In this document: positions 35,629-46,974 of the stretch, one piece after another
Numbering within the stretch: the stretch's first letter is position 1
How the letters are laid out: each line of letters starts with the position of its first letter
Origin: Acidimicrobiia bacterium
Lineage (GTDB): Bacteria > Actinomycetota > Acidimicrobiia > Spongiisociales > ZC4RG35
Direction of reading: 5' to 3'
Assembly: GCA_965203555.1 (NCBI GenBank)
Contig: CBDBCY010000004.1
Location: forward strand, 96,001-160,000
Length of the DNA stretch: 64,000 nucleotides
Program-made: the position numbers and the translations under genes
Notes under the pieces: generated by a model
Told to the model about the DNA's origin: nothing
Database searches by the model: none
What the model saw: only the letters and a program-made list of their open reading frames with translations

Positions 35629-37841
35629 TGGAGCCAAATCGAGAGGGATCGAGTTGGCGTCTGGCCCTGCCTGTGTGGCGAGATTCTCGGTTTCTGGCGG
35701 TGGCCGCACTGGTATGGCTCGGCGCACTGGTCGGCAGGCATTGGGAGGGACTGTGGGCCGTCGTCGTCCTTGGGGCGGCGATGCTTATTGTCAGCCGTTC
35801 GGGGATGACCTTGGTGTTGGCGGCCGGGTTGGTGGCCGGCGCTGTGGCGGGGTGGGGGTCGGCGCACCGGGAGGCGGCGATGCTCTCTGTGCCTCTCGTC
35901 GAGGGAGATCTGGCCATTCGAGCCGTGGCTCGCACCGATCCGATGGGGACGGAGGAACACGTCTGGTTGCTGGCTCGACCGCTGGCTTACCGATCGATCG
36001 AGGGTCATGAGTGGAGGAAGTGGCTGGGGCCGGTTATAAGAGTGGATGTATCCGGTGCTGGAGAACTGGCGGCCGGTGAGATCTTCGAAGCGTCCGGTCG
36101 CTTGGCGAGGAAACCGGGACGCTGGGGCGCCGCGGTGTATGCGGCTCGCATGTGGTCCGGGGAACTGGTTCCAGTGGCCAGGTCGCAGGGATGGTTGGTG
36201 GCGACCGGCAACGCGCTGAGGCAAAGAGTGGCGACCAATCTTCGCTCCGGGCCGGCGGATGGGCGAGCGCTGGTCGCCGGGTTTCTGGTGGGGGACACCT
36301 CCGATCTCTCCATCGCTGATACTGCCGACCTGCGGCGGTCCGGTCTCAGTCACTATGTTGCGGTGTCGGGAGGGAACGTGGTCCTCTTTCTCGGCGCCCT
36401 GTGGATACTCTTGTGGCCGATAGCCGGCCGACCGAGGATCCGGGCGCTGGTGGGATTCGTCGCTCTGGGGGTTTTCATAGTGGTGACCCGCTGGGAACCA
36501 TCGGTGGTGCGGGCCGGTCTGTTGGCCGGTCTGGTGTTGGGCGCCCAGGCGATCGGCTTTCCCCTGAGCAGTTGGGCGGCCCTTGGAACGACCGTCACCC
36601 TGGCTCTTCTGGTCTCTGCCGAGTTGGCCCTCAGCGTGGGATTCGCTCTGTCGGTGGCGGCCACCTTGGGGGTGATGGTGGGCATGCGGATCCCCATCAG
36701 GCGCCGGCCCCGCTGGATCTGGCAGACACTGGTCACGGCCCTTGCCGCTCAAGTAGCGGTGGCTCCGGTCCTGTTGTGGTTCTTCGGGTCGATTCCCTTC
36801 CTTTCTCCGGTGGCCAACCTGGTTGCTGGTCCGTTGGTGGCGTTCTCCACCAGCCTGGGAGGGATTGGCGCCCTGACCGGTTGGGATTCCCTGGTTTGGC
36901 TGGCCGCCTGGGCCGCGGAAGGGGTATTGGCGGTGGCCGGGTTTCTGTCACCCTTTCCCCAGTTGGGGTGGCTGGGGGCTGGTGCGGCCTTGGTGGTGGG
37001 CCTTGGGGCTTGGCGATGGAGGGTCGTTCGCCTGCCCTTGCTGGCGGTGAGTGCGATTCTGTTTGTGGCGTTACCGACGTTTCCTGCACTTGTTCCTCTT
37101 GTCGGTGCCCAGAGAGCGGAGGCGCCGGCCGTGGTGTTCCTGGATGTTGGCCAGGGAGACTCCACTCTGGTGCTGGCGGCGGAGGTGACCATGCTGATAG
37201 ACGGAGGTCCCGATCCTGCGAGACTGGCCGAGAAGTTGCGGAACTACCGGGTGCGGGAGGTGGACATAGTTGTGATTACCCATCCGCACGCCGATCATGT
37301 CCGGGGGCTGGAGGCGGTGGTGGGCGCCATGCCGGTGGGAGCGGTGTGGGATGCTTCCCATCCCCACCAAACTCCGGCCTATCGAAGGCTCAGGAAAGAG
37401 ATTGCGGAGGAAGGCATCCCGGTCTATCGACCTCTTCCCGGACAGGTGTTACGGGCCGGGGAGTTGGAAGTGGAGGTGTTGGGGCCGGTGCGCCGGTACA
37501 AGCACATCAACGATCAGTCGATTGTGCTGACGGTCGAGATGGCCGGCACTACTTTTCTGATGGCTGCTGACATCCAGGAGGTGGCTCAAGCCGAATTGGG
37601 GACAGTGGGGCCGGACGTGCTGAAAGTACCTCATCAAGGCGCAGCCACCTCCGATCCTCGGTGGCTGAAGGAGAACGCCGGTCGACTGGCGATCATCAGT
37701 GTGGGCCCCAATGACTATGGTCATCCCGTTCGGTGGGTGGAGGAAGCGCTGGCGGAGGGAGGCGCCCGGGTGGTTCGCACCGATCAGCACGGCGACGTAG
37801 TGGTGAGCTTGCCTATCGAAAACGCTGCGAAGCGGTGGTAG
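35628..37841 (+). CDS. comEC: ComEC/Rec2 competence protein
   Basis: GLSHYVAVSGGN, PSVVRA, LDVGQGD, THPHADH metallo-beta-lactamase domain. Confidence 0.95.
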   Translation: MEPNREGSSWRLALPVWRDSRFLAVAALVWLGALVGRHWEGLWAVVVLGAAMLIVSRSGMTLVLAAGLVAGAVAGWGSAHREAAMLSVPLVEGDLAIRAVARTDPMGTEEHVWLLARPLAYRSIEGHEWRKWLGPVIRVDVSGAGELAAGEIFEASGRLARKPGRWGAAVYAARMWSGELVPVARSQGWLVATGNALRQRVATNLRSGPADGRALVAGFLVGDTSDLSIADTADLRRSGLSHYVAVSGGNVVLFLGALWILLWPIAGRPRIRALVGFVALGVFIVVTRWEPSVVRAGLLAGLVLGAQAIGFPLSSWAALGTTVTLALLVSAELALSVGFALSVAATLGVMVGMRIPIRRRPRWIWQTLVTALAAQVAVAPVLLWFFGSIPFLSPVANLVAGPLVAFSTSLGGIGALTGWDSLVWLAAWAAEGVLAVAGFLSPFPQLGWLGAGAALVVGLGAWRWRVVRLPLLAVSAILFVALPTFPALVPLVGAQRAEAPAVVFLDVGQGDSTLVLAAEVTMLIDGGPDPARLAEKLRNYRVREVDIVVITHPHADHVRGLEAVVGAMPVGAVWDASHPHQTPAYRRLRKEIAEEGIPVYRPLPGQVLRAGELEVEVLGPVRRYKHINDQSIVLTVEMAGTTFLMAADIQEVAQAELGTVGPDVLKVPHQGAATSDPRWLKENAGRLAIISVGPNDYGHPVRWVEEALAEGGARVVRTDQHGDVVVSLPIENAAKRW

Positions 37842-37894
37842 GCCAAAGCTGAGCATCCATATCTGAACTGCGTTCTCGCCAGGGCCTGTCCCAT

Positions 37895-39091
37895 TTGTCG
37901 TTGCGGGTTGCTAGCGTGAAGGTCGTGAGCGAGGTGCTGGCGGTGGTGATTGCGGATCGGGGAGGTCCGGGGGAGCGGGAGGAGGCACTGGCCAATGCCA
38001 GGCGGCATCTGCGCCGGGCGGGAGTGGAGACCGATCAGGTTGTCAGAATCGACGTGCCGTCGTCGCGGGGTGGGGGAGCAGTCTCATCGGGAGGGCCCGA
38101 CCAGCACGGTGCTTTCCGGGCGGACATAGCCGGGATCGTGCCGCTTCTGCAGTCCTCCAGCCTCTTCGGCCAAAAGCAGGGGTTGTTGCTGGTGGACGCC
38201 AACTTCCTCCTGGCTGCCGAGTGGCGGGCTCTGGTCGAACTGCTTCCCGCCATTGACCCGTCGGCGGTGGCGGTGGCGATGGTCGCTCAGCGGTCGCTTC
38301 CCACCGCCTTGTCGAAGAAGATCAAGGAGATCGGCAAGGTAGAAACCATGCGCCCGCTTTGGGAAAACCAGATCCACGGCTGGCTGATCGGACAGATCAA
38401 AGAGAAAGGTTTGCGGATGGGTTATCAGGCCAGGGCCGCCCTGGTGCAAAGGTTCGGCACGGACCGCTCGGCCTTACGACGCGCCCTGGAGCAGTTGCAG
38501 GGAGAGAACCGTCCTGTCAGCGCCGAGATGATCGTGGAGCGGTTTCGCAACCGTCCCGATCAGCCGGTCTTCCGGATCCTGGATGAGATCGTGGCCGGCA
38601 ACGCCGGCGCCGCTCTCCGCAGGTTGGGAGACTATCTGGCCAACGCCCGTTCTTCCGATGGCCGCCCCCACATTCTGCTGGGCACGCTGGAATCCGACCT
38701 GAGGCTGCGGCTCAAGGCGTCCCAAGCCCGTGACCGAGGGCATTTCGGGGAGATGGAGGAAGCAGGTGTTTTCTCCCGGATGTTGGAGTCGGCCCCCGGT
38801 CCCCTCGATCAGAAGGCGGAGACCAGGCTGCGTTCGACCGCCAAGAGCCGGGTGCGTTCCAGTCGGCGCCGACTCGACAGGATCTGGGCTCAAAGAAAGC
38901 CTTTCAACTCGGTCAGCAGGAGTGAACAGGTACGAGCGGCCCATCAGGCACTGTCGTTGGTGGTGAGTGCCGACCGCACCCTGAAACTCTTTCCCGCCCC
39001 GCTTCACCAAGCTGTTCTGGAACGGACCGTCACCGAGTTGAGCGCTGCGTACCGGGGCTTTGCCACCGTGGCCCGCAGAGGGAGACGATAG
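37895..39091 (+). CDS. holA: DNA polymerase III delta subunit (divergent)
   Basis: SSSLFG motif; conserved comEC-holA-rpsT synteny; start uncertain. Confidence 0.75.
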   Translation: MSLRVASVKVVSEVLAVVIADRGGPGEREEALANARRHLRRAGVETDQVVRIDVPSSRGGGAVSSGGPDQHGAFRADIAGIVPLLQSSSLFGQKQGLLLVDANFLLAAEWRALVELLPAIDPSAVAVAMVAQRSLPTALSKKIKEIGKVETMRPLWENQIHGWLIGQIKEKGLRMGYQARAALVQRFGTDRSALRRALEQLQGENRPVSAEMIVERFRNRPDQPVFRILDEIVAGNAGAALRRLGDYLANARSSDGRPHILLGTLESDLRLRLKASQARDRGHFGEMEEAGVFSRMLESAPGPLDQKAETRLRSTAKSRVRSSRRRLDRIWAQRKPFNSVSRSEQVRAAHQALSLVVSADRTLKLFPAPLHQAVLERTVTELSAAYRGFATVARRGRR

Positions 39092-39119
39092 AGTAACTCG
39101 GCCTCGAAGTTGTCCTGGT

Positions 39120-39380
39120 CTATCGGACCGAATCGGTTTCCCGGAAGAGTCGAGACTTGAGACGGGCGGCCTTGTTGGCGTGTATCACACCCTTGGAACA
39201 AGCCGAATCGATGCGTTTTTGCGCCAGACGCACCTTCAACTCGGCCTCTGGATCGCCGGATCGGGCGGCTTCAACCGCCGTTTTGATGCGCGTCTTCATC
39301 TCCGACCGGACGCTCTTGTTCGCCATGCGACGACGCTCGTTCTGGCGATTTCGCTTCTCTTGCGACTTGATGTTGGCCAT
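39120..39380 (-). CDS. rpsT: 30S ribosomal protein S20
   Basis: MANIKSQEKRNRQ...KGVIHANKAARLKSRL. Confidence 0.98.
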   Translation of the reverse strand: MANIKSQEKRNRQNERRRMANKSVRSEMKTRIKTAVEAARSGDPEAELKVRLAQKRIDSACSKGVIHANKAARLKSRLFRETDSVR

Positions 39381-39715
39381 AGGCTGTACGAACTTTCGGG
39401 GATATCGTGTGCTTGCTGGAGGACCCTCCCGCCCGATCAGCCATTCTACCTGATTCAGGCAGCGATCCCAATTCGAAGAGGGCAGTCATCAGCCGGTGGC
39501 TGAAGCGAGCATCGTCTTGAGCGGTGCTAGGGCGTATTTTATGCTGGATGGGGTTGGGGATGAGGGCGGGGGTGATGAGAGGAATCTCAACTGACCGGAG
39601 GCCGCTTCTGTCACCAAGCGCCCGGTGGGTCGGGTGTCTTGCGGCAACCGTTTGGTGGACTCTTGCGAAAAAATGTAGTGTTTGTTTTCACAACTTAGTG
39701 ATATGCGGGATGTTT

Positions 39716-39737
39716 TGTCACACCCCTTTTGCATACT
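39716..39737 (+). promoter_or_regulatory. PafBC/RecA-NDp-like leaderless promoter of the HNH gene
   Basis: TGTCAC-ACCCCTTTTG-CATACT; ATG follows 6 nt after the -10 box. Confidence 0.6.
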
Positions 39738-39743
39738 GTAAGC

Positions 39744-40979
39744 ATGAAACAAGCAGTCGAGAGTCGGCGGTCCGCCAACCTGGCCAAGTTGCTGGCGCCC
39801 AGCATGCCGGTCGTAGATGCTACTTCCGAGCAGTTGCGGCAGCGTATACAGTCCACCATCCGCGTCCAGAACCAAGTGGCGGCGGTCCGCGCCCAGGCGG
39901 TGTCGGAGTTGCGCCGCCGGCAGGGGGCGGAGAAGGTGGAGACGATTTTGCGGGAGGACGGTTTGTTGGGCCGTCGGAAGGCCCGGTCTGAGGTGGAGAC
40001 CGCTAAAGAATTGGAGGAGCTGCCCAAGACGAGGGAGGGTTTCCAAAAGGGAGAGATCTCTGCTGACAACGCGCGTATTTTGGCGGGCGCCAATCAGAGG
40101 GGAACCATCGTCGAGGACGAATTGTTGGACGGTGCCCGTTCCCAGTCTCCTGACAAGTTCGCGGCTACGGTACGCAAACACGAACAGGCCTGTGCCCAAG
40201 ATGATGGTGTGTCGAAGTTGGAGCATCAGCGTTCCCGGCGGTTCGCCAAGCTCACCACCGACCAGGACGACGGGATGACCGTGTTGTATGGGCGTTTCGA
40301 CCCGGTCACGGGTGCCCGGGTCGAGACAGCGGTGTCTCACATGATGAAACAACTATGGCACAAAGAAGACCCCACCGATCGGGCTACTGCGGGTCAGCGG
40401 ATGGCCGACGCCATAGCCGAACTGGTCACCCGCCAAGGAAAAGACAAGCCCGGTTCCCAGGGCGTGAGGTTGTTGTTGATCGCCGACTACGACACGGTCA
40501 GCCAACAGTTGGGCAACCCTCGCCTGGAGAACGGAACCCCCCTCCCCGCCAATACGCTACGACAGTTGGCCTGTGACGCTCAGATCCTCCCCGCGATCTT
40601 TTCGGGTTCGTCGGTGCCGTTGGATTTGGGTCGGGCCCGGCGAACGGCCAGTGGTTCCCAGCGGGCTGCGCTGGTCGCCCGTGACAAACACTGTGTGGGT
40701 TGCGGCGCCAAGGCCTCCTGGTGTCAGGCGCACCACATCGTCCACTGGCAAGACGGGGGTCCCACCAACCTGGACAACATGTGTCTTTTGTGCAGCAGAT
40801 GCCACCACAAAGTCCACGACCAGGATTGGACAGTACACAAAACCTCCACCGGCACATACACCCTCCGCCGCCCATCAAGCACCGACTGGCGACCACGGCA
40901 CCGTACCCCCAACCGCTACCGCCCCCCACCCACGCACCGCCGATCCACGCGCCGACGCCCGATCAAACAGAGGAAATGA
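39744..40979 (+). CDS. DUF222 + HNH endonuclease (REP13E12-like) protein
   Basis: QRMADA, LACDA, PLDLGR, RDKHCxGC, HHIVHWxDGGPTNLDNxxLLCxRCH. Confidence 0.92.
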   Translation: MKQAVESRRSANLAKLLAPSMPVVDATSEQLRQRIQSTIRVQNQVAAVRAQAVSELRRRQGAEKVETILREDGLLGRRKARSEVETAKELEELPKTREGFQKGEISADNARILAGANQRGTIVEDELLDGARSQSPDKFAATVRKHEQACAQDDGVSKLEHQRSRRFAKLTTDQDDGMTVLYGRFDPVTGARVETAVSHMMKQLWHKEDPTDRATAGQRMADAIAELVTRQGKDKPGSQGVRLLLIADYDTVSQQLGNPRLENGTPLPANTLRQLACDAQILPAIFSGSSVPLDLGRARRTASGSQRAALVARDKHCVGCGAKASWCQAHHIVHWQDGGPTNLDNMCLLCSRCHHKVHDQDWTVHKTSTGTYTLRRPSSTDWRPRHRTPNRYRPPPTHRRSTRRRPIKQRK

Positions 40980-41375
40980 CCGAACCCGCGTCCTGTCTCC
41001 ATGGTTCCTGCCAGCCCGTTTTTGCCACTCTTGATCCACGCCCATCCCCAATAGGGGTTTCTGGAAGCACTCTGAACACCAGACTCAACACCCCCTCGCT
41101 ATCTGCCCGCCGGATCAAACGCGCATAAACAGCGCGCCACCGCCCGGACGGCAACCTCCGCAACCTACCGCCATACTCCCGCCACCTGCCAAACAGCGTT
41201 CAACACCTTTACAGATTCGACAGGCCTGCCCATGCACCCTGAGACCGCAAAAGAGCAAACCGCTACCCTAATCGAACTCCCCGAAAGCAGGGCTGGTCGA
41301 TCACCGGGGCGCCGATCACTCCTGGTAGGTAAACTAACTGCCTGACCATTTCCTCTCACCCAGGTTGCGCACAGC

Positions 41376-43178
41376 TTGTCTTCTCGTTCCCTGATCAGGA
41401 ACTTCTGCATAATCGCCCACATCGACCACGGTAAGTCCACCCTGGCCGATCGTCTCTTGGAATCGGCAGGGGCAGTTTCCCAGCGAGACATGCGAGACCA
41501 GGTGCTCGACACCATGGACCTGGAGCGAGAACGCGGGATCACCATCAAGGCGCAGGCGGTCCGGTTGGACCACCCGGCATCCGATGGCCGCACCTACATC
41601 CTCAACCTGATCGATACTCCCGGCCACGTGGACTTCTCCTATGAGGTCTCCCGATCGCTGGCCGCCTGCGAGGGGGCGCTTCTGCTGGTGGACGCCAACC
41701 AGGGCGTGCAGGCGCAAACGGTGGCCAACGCCTATCTGGCCGTGGAAGCAGGACTCGAAGTCATCCCGGTGGTCAACAAGATAGACCTTCCCTCGGCCGA
41801 ACCGGAACAGGCTGCCGAAGAACTGTCAAGGATTCTGGGCGGCGACCCGGCCGACGCCATTTTCATCTCCGCCAAGACGGGGGAGGGGATCGATGAACTC
41901 ACCCAACGCATCGTGGAGATGGTCCCGCCTCCGTCCGGTGACGAGAATCTGCCGCTTTCGGCACTGATCTTCGACTCCTATTACGACATATACAGGGGAG
42001 TTGTGTGTTACGTCCGGGTTATGGAGGGAACCCTTGCGGCAGGGGAGCGGGTGATGTTCATGGCCAGCGGCGAGAAGCGAGACGCCGCCGAAGTCGGAGT
42101 GCTCACCCCTGCCTCCGCGCCGGTGCGGGCCTTGGGGGCCGGAGAGGTGGGGTACCTGATAACTGGCGCCAAGGAAATCGACCGGGTGCGGGTGGGGGAC
42201 ACGGTCACCTCCGCGTATCGACCGACAACCCGAGCCCTGGCAGGCTATACCGATCCCCGGCCGATGGTGTTCGCAGGGATATTTCCCACCGACGGCGACG
42301 ACTATCCCCGCTTGCGAGAGGCCCTGGAGAAACTTCAGCTAAACGACGCTTCCCTGCAGATCGCCCCGGAGTTCTCCCAGGCACTGGGATTCGGGTTCAG
42401 GTGTGGCTTCCTGGGTCTTCTGCACATGGAGATCGTGCGGGAACGGCTGGAAAGGGAGTATGACCTGGATCTGGTCACAACCGCACCCTCGGTGGCATAC
42501 CGCGTAACCCTTCCCGGGAGAGAACCCGATGAAGTCAGGTCCCCGGCCGATTTCCCCGCGCCGGGGAAAGAAGTGAAGGTGGAAGAACCCTGGATAAGGG
42601 CGCTGATTCTGGTGCCGCCCGAATTCCTGGGGGCGGTGATGGAGATACTCACTTCTCGGCGCGGCGAACTTGGTCCGATCAATTATCTTGGCGCCGAACG
42701 GGTGGAGATGACTTGCCGCCTTCCCCTGGCGGAGGTGGTGTTCGACTTCTATGATCAACTCAAGTCCAAGACCAGGGGCTTTGCCTCCCTCGACTACGAA
42801 CCGGACGGCTACCAACGATCGGACCTGGTGAAGGTGGACCTGTTACTCAACGGCTCGCCGGTGGATGCCTTCTCGGCAGTGGTGCATCGTCAAAAGGCCT
42901 ACGGATACGGACGGGAGATGGTCACGCGGCTCAAAAAGCTCATACCCCGGCAATTGTTCGACGTTCCCATCCAGGCGGCTGTCGGAAGCCGGGTGATCTC
43001 CCGAGAAACCATCCGGGCCAAGCGCAAGGATGTGCTGGCCAAGTGCTATGGCGGCGACGTCACTCGCAAGAAAAAACTGCTGGCACGTCAGAAGGAAGGG
43101 AAGCGGCGGATGAAAATGGTGGGATCGGTGGAAGTGCCGTCCGAGGCGTTCGTGGCGGCTCTTCAGGTAAGGGATTGA
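41376..43178 (+). CDS. lepA: Elongation factor 4
   Basis: [34 protein letters not shown]. Confidence 0.98.
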   Translation: MSSRSLIRNFCIIAHIDHGKSTLADRLLESAGAVSQRDMRDQVLDTMDLERERGITIKAQAVRLDHPASDGRTYILNLIDTPGHVDFSYEVSRSLAACEGALLLVDANQGVQAQTVANAYLAVEAGLEVIPVVNKIDLPSAEPEQAAEELSRILGGDPADAIFISAKTGEGIDELTQRIVEMVPPPSGDENLPLSALIFDSYYDIYRGVVCYVRVMEGTLAAGERVMFMASGEKRDAAEVGVLTPASAPVRALGAGEVGYLITGAKEIDRVRVGDTVTSAYRPTTRALAGYTDPRPMVFAGIFPTDGDDYPRLREALEKLQLNDASLQIAPEFSQALGFGFRCGFLGLLHMEIVRERLEREYDLDLVTTAPSVAYRVTLPGREPDEVRSPADFPAPGKEVKVEEPWIRALILVPPEFLGAVMEILTSRRGELGPINYLGAERVEMTCRLPLAEVVFDFYDQLKSKTRGFASLDYEPDGYQRSDLVKVDLLLNGSPVDAFSAVVHRQKAYGYGREMVTRLKKLIPRQLFDVPIQAAVGSRVISRETIRAKRKDVLAKCYGGDVTRKKKLLARQKEGKRRMKMVGSVEVPSEAFVAALQVRD

Positions 43179-44386
43179 GCCTTCCCGACCAACCGTTGCT
43201 CTCTCCGGATGACCCTGACCTGGCGGAACAGGCGAGCAAATGGCGCTCGCTCTATCTGCACATTCCGTTCTGCGAGCAGGTCTGTCCCTACTGTGACTTC
43301 GCGGTGGCTGCGGGAGAGGACCATCTCGCCTCCCGCTATTCCAAGGCGCTGATCGCCGAGATCCGCTCCGCCCCTGAATGGGGGCCCCTGGAGGCCGTCA
43401 ACTTCGGGGGAGGCACCCCGTCTCGGATGCCGGTCCGATGGTTGCGGAAGATCCTGGAAGAGGCGATCTGTCGTTTTGGTCTCGCCGCGGGAGCGGAGGT
43501 GAGTCTGGAGGCCAATCCCGAGGATTGGACACCGGGCAAGGCGTCGCAACTGGTGGCCGCCGGGTTCAACCGGGTGTCGTTGGGCGCCCAGTCCTTCGAC
43601 CCGGTGGTGCTTGCCTACCTGGGGCGCCGGCACAGCCCCGAAGACATCACCCGGTCGGTGGCCGCTGCCCGAAGCGCCGGATTCCGGTCGGTGAACCTGG
43701 ATCTGATAATGGGATCCCCACCCGAGGACGCCGCGTCGTGGTCGGCCACTTTACGGCGCGCCTTAGCTTGCGAGCCGGACCATCTCTCCACCTACGCCCT
43801 GACGGTGGAACCGGGAACCGTGCTGTGGAAGAAGGTCCGATCCGGCGCAAGCGCTCCGGACGCCGATAGGCAGGCCGATTGCTGGGAGGAGGCGGACAAG
43901 GTGTGCCGGGCGGCGGGACTGGTGCGATATGAAGTCTCCAACGCCGCCCGGCCCGGGCACCCTTGCCGCTACAACCTCTCCGTGTGGGGCCAGGGAGAGT
44001 ACCTGGGGTTCGGAAACGGGGCTCACTCCTTTCAACAGGGGCGAAGGTGGGAGAACGTACGGGACCTGCGCCGTTACCTGGATGCTGTGGAAAGCGGTGC
44101 ATCACCGGGCAGAAGATACGAGAAAGTAGAAGGGTGGTCGGCGGAGACGGAGCGCCTGCTGCTGGGCATCCGGAGGCGGGCCGGCGTGAAGAAAGGCAAG
44201 GCGGGTGGAGTGCTGTGGCATTCAGGGCCGGGCCGCAGGCTCAGGGCGGCAGAGGTAATCAGTTCGCACCGGGGACGTCTTCGAGTGGAGCGTCCCCTGT
44301 TGACCGACGAGGTGAGCCGGGCCATCCTGGCCATCCGGCCACCGGGTGAGAGCCGAACCGGGTCCCTGGAGGAAAGCCTTTCATAG
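43175..44386 (+). CDS. hemW: Radical SAM heme chaperone HemW
   Basis: YLHIPFCxxxCxYCDF, GGGTPS, YEVSN; TTG start overlaps lepA stop. Confidence 0.92.
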   Translation: MSLPDQPLLSPDDPDLAEQASKWRSLYLHIPFCEQVCPYCDFAVAAGEDHLASRYSKALIAEIRSAPEWGPLEAVNFGGGTPSRMPVRWLRKILEEAICRFGLAAGAEVSLEANPEDWTPGKASQLVAAGFNRVSLGAQSFDPVVLAYLGRRHSPEDITRSVAAARSAGFRSVNLDLIMGSPPEDAASWSATLRRALACEPDHLSTYALTVEPGTVLWKKVRSGASAPDADRQADCWEEADKVCRAAGLVRYEVSNAARPGHPCRYNLSVWGQGEYLGFGNGAHSFQQGRRWENVRDLRRYLDAVESGASPGRRYEKVEGWSAETERLLLGIRRRAGVKKGKAGGVLWHSGPGRRLRAAEVISSHRGRLRVERPLLTDEVSRAILAIRPPGESRTGSLEESLS

Positions 44387-44404
44387 TTTGGTACTCTGAG
44401 GGCA

Positions 44405-45397
44405 ATGCTGGAGGATCGCCGCGCCGAGATATTGCGTTCCCTCGTGGAGTGCCACATACGGACCGGAGCCCCGGTGAGCTCCCAGATGGTCCTTGAGCAC
44501 AGCGATCTGGAAGTCTCCCCCGCCACCGTCCGAAAAGAGTTGGCCCGGTTGGAAGAGGACGGGTATGCAGACCAACCTCACACCTCGGCCGGCCGGATTC
44601 CCACGGCTGCGGCCTACCGCTTTTACGTGGACAACCATGCGGCCTTCCAGTTGCGCCGGGCGGTTCGCTCCCGCATCTCGTCTTTTTTCGCCGAGGTGGA
44701 GTTGGAATTGGACCGGTTGCTTCACTCCACTACCCGCCTCCTGTCCGACATCACCCGGTTGCCGGCGGTGGTGGTGGGTCCCCACCTGGCTGCGGAGCGC
44801 ATTCGCAGCATTCACCTGGTGTCCCTGCAACTGCGTATGGCCCTGCTGGTCGTGGTCACGGAATCGGCGCGGGTACTGCAGGAGATCTGCCGCCTTCCGG
44901 CGCCTTTGACCGGAACGGAGATTTCGGAAATGGAGACGCTGCTTCGCAGTCACGCCCTGGGATCACCGCTCGGTTTGCCGGCCCCGCCCGCCGTTGCCGC
45001 GCCCGGGGTCGGGGGTCCGTCCTTTCAAAGTTGCTTCCAGGAGGTTTGGGACACCCTGGAGAGAACTGCGCGGCGAGCGTCCGATGTCTACGTGATGGGA
45101 ACCGGACGATCGGCCCATCTGTGGGATGATCTGGATGCGGTCGCCCAGGTGTTGGGGGTGCTGGAGAGGGAGGCGGCAGTGCTCAACCTGTTGGCCGCCG
45201 ATCCGGGCATCAACATCCGCATCGGGGAGGAGATTCCCGATCTGGAAATGGATCTGGCAGTGATCTCCACCTCGTTCATGGCCGGAAACTCCGCCGGACG
45301 GATTGGAGTCCTGGGGCCGATGCGCATGGACTACGGCCGTGCCATCTCGGTGTTGCAGAGAGTAAGCGCCGGGCTGGCCGATCGCATCGCCGTCTGA
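44405..45397 (+). CDS. hrcA: Heat-inducible transcription repressor
   Basis: SPATVR, QPHTSAGRIPT, LGPMRMDY; TACTCT -10 seven nt before ATG. Confidence 0.96.
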   Translation: MLEDRRAEILRSLVECHIRTGAPVSSQMVLEHSDLEVSPATVRKELARLEEDGYADQPHTSAGRIPTAAAYRFYVDNHAAFQLRRAVRSRISSFFAEVELELDRLLHSTTRLLSDITRLPAVVVGPHLAAERIRSIHLVSLQLRMALLVVVTESARVLQEICRLPAPLTGTEISEMETLLRSHALGSPLGLPAPPAVAAPGVGGPSFQSCFQEVWDTLERTARRASDVYVMGTGRSAHLWDDLDAVAQVLGVLEREAAVLNLLAADPGINIRIGEEIPDLEMDLAVISTSFMAGNSAGRIGVLGPMRMDYGRAISVLQRVSAGLADRIAV

Positions 45398-45410
45398 ACA
45401 ACCGGTACCG

Positions 45411-46509
45411 ATGGCCAAGGACTATTACCAGATTCTGGGAGTGGATCGCGAAGCCGACTCCAACCAGATCAAGAGGGCCTTCAGAAAACTCGCCCGCCAG
45501 ACCCATCCCGACGCCAATCCCGGAGATCCTCAGGCGGAAGCCCGATTCAGGGAAGTGGCGGAAGCATACGAGGTGCTGTCCGACCCGGATCGCCGCCGGT
45601 CCTATGACCAGGGGGAGCAGATCGACATCTCGGGTATGTTCGGTGATCTCGACGACCTGCTTCGCTCGGTATTCGGAGGGTCGGGTTTCTTTGGGGGTCA
45701 AGGCGCCTCTCAACGTTCCCGCGGGCAGGACATCCTGGTGAGAGTCGGACTGAGTTTGGAAGAGGCGGCGTTCGGCGTTGAAAAGAGAGTGGAATTCGAA
45801 GCCCAGGCGGCCTGTTCCACTTGTGGTGGGGACGGGGGCGGCCGCCGGGTCTGAGATAACTTCGTGCCGGGGGTGTGGGGGATCAGGGATGCTGCGCTCC
45901 ACGCGTTCCAGCTTCTTCGGGTCGATGGTGACTACCTCCACCTGTCTCCGATGCGGGGGGAGAGGTCGGGAAGTCACCCAGATCTGTGGAAAGTGCCAAG
46001 GCGCGGGTGTCCATCCCGAGCGTCAGGCTCTGAAGGTCGAAATACCGGCCGGGGTTTCGGAGGGAACTCGTCTCCGCCTGAGAGGCAGGGGGGCGGCCGC
46101 TCCCCTGGGAGGCATGCCGGGGGATCTGTATGTGGAGGTGCTGGTTCGTTCCGACAGCCGGTTTGAGAGAGAGGGGGACCATCTCTACCATCGGGTCACG
46201 GTCGGGATCGCAGAGGCGGCTCTGGGAGCGGAAGTGAAGATACCGCTGCTCGAGGGCGGCTTCCACACTCTTCGCGTCCCGCCCGGTACCCAGCCGGGAT
46301 GGGTCAGTCGGCTGCCGGGACATGGAACGCCTCTCATGGGTGGAAGACGGAGGGGGGACATGTTGGTGGAGGTGGAGGTTGAGATTCCCAGGACGGTTTC
46401 CCGTGAAGAGGAGGACCTGCTGAGAGAACTGGCCGACCTGCGAGGGGAGTCTCCGCTGCCTCGATCTTTTCGAAGGGCAAGACGCCGGAGATCCGGCAAA
46501 AGACGGTAG
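45411..46509 (+). CDS. dnaJ: Chaperone DnaJ, split by a +1 frameshift near 45828-45838
   Basis: J-domain with HPD in the first ORF; CxxCxGxG repeats and C-domain continue in a second frame. Confidence 0.9.
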
Positions 46510-46573
46510 GAAGGAGGGCATTTTGGTAGGGTTGGCCAAAAGGTGGCACATATAACCGCACGGACCGCTTTGC

Positions 46574-46924
46574 ATGGGAGGTTCGGTGAATAGCGATTGT
46601 CTCTTCTGCAGGATCGTGGAGGGATCAGTCCCTGCCGACATAGTGGCGGAATCCGAAGGCGCCGTTGCATTCCGCGATATAAATCCACAGGCGCCCACCC
46701 ATGTCCTGATCATTCCCCGTCGGCATGTCGAATCGTTGGAGGAGGTGGACGACTCTCAAATGATGGGGGACCTGGTGAGCCTGGCCAAGGTGGTGGCGTC
46801 CCTGGAAGGACTTGACAATGGCTGGAGGCTGGTCGCCAATGTCGGACCGGACGCAGGCCAGACAGTGTTTCACCTCCATCTACATTTGTTGGGCGGCCGC
46901 CGGATGGGGTGGCCGCCGGGATGA
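46574..46924 (+). CDS. HIT family nucleotide-binding protein
   Basis: CLFC, FRDINPQAPTH, HLHLHLLGG. Confidence 0.94.
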   Translation: MGGSVNSDCLFCRIVEGSVPADIVAESEGAVAFRDINPQAPTHVLIIPRRHVESLEEVDDSQMMGDLVSLAKVVASLEGLDNGWRLVANVGPDAGQTVFHLHLHLLGGRRMGWPPG

Positions 46925-46974
46925 ATCTGTGGATACCTCTTACTGCCGGGGCGTCGCGGGTTCGATCTGTCTAG

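Larger units (their letters stand above)
39490..41330 (+). mobile_element. Putative DUF222-HNH insertion between rpsT and lepA (ends approximate)
   Basis: Interrupts the usually adjacent divergent rpsT/lepA; compositionally skewed flanks; no terminal repeats seen. Confidence 0.4.

Noticed and set aside
44388-44414. CIRCE element upstream of hrcA
   Set aside because: Only a half-site-like TTGGTACTC is present; no GAGTGCYAA arm after 9 nt. Better explained as the -10 box of a leaderless promoter.
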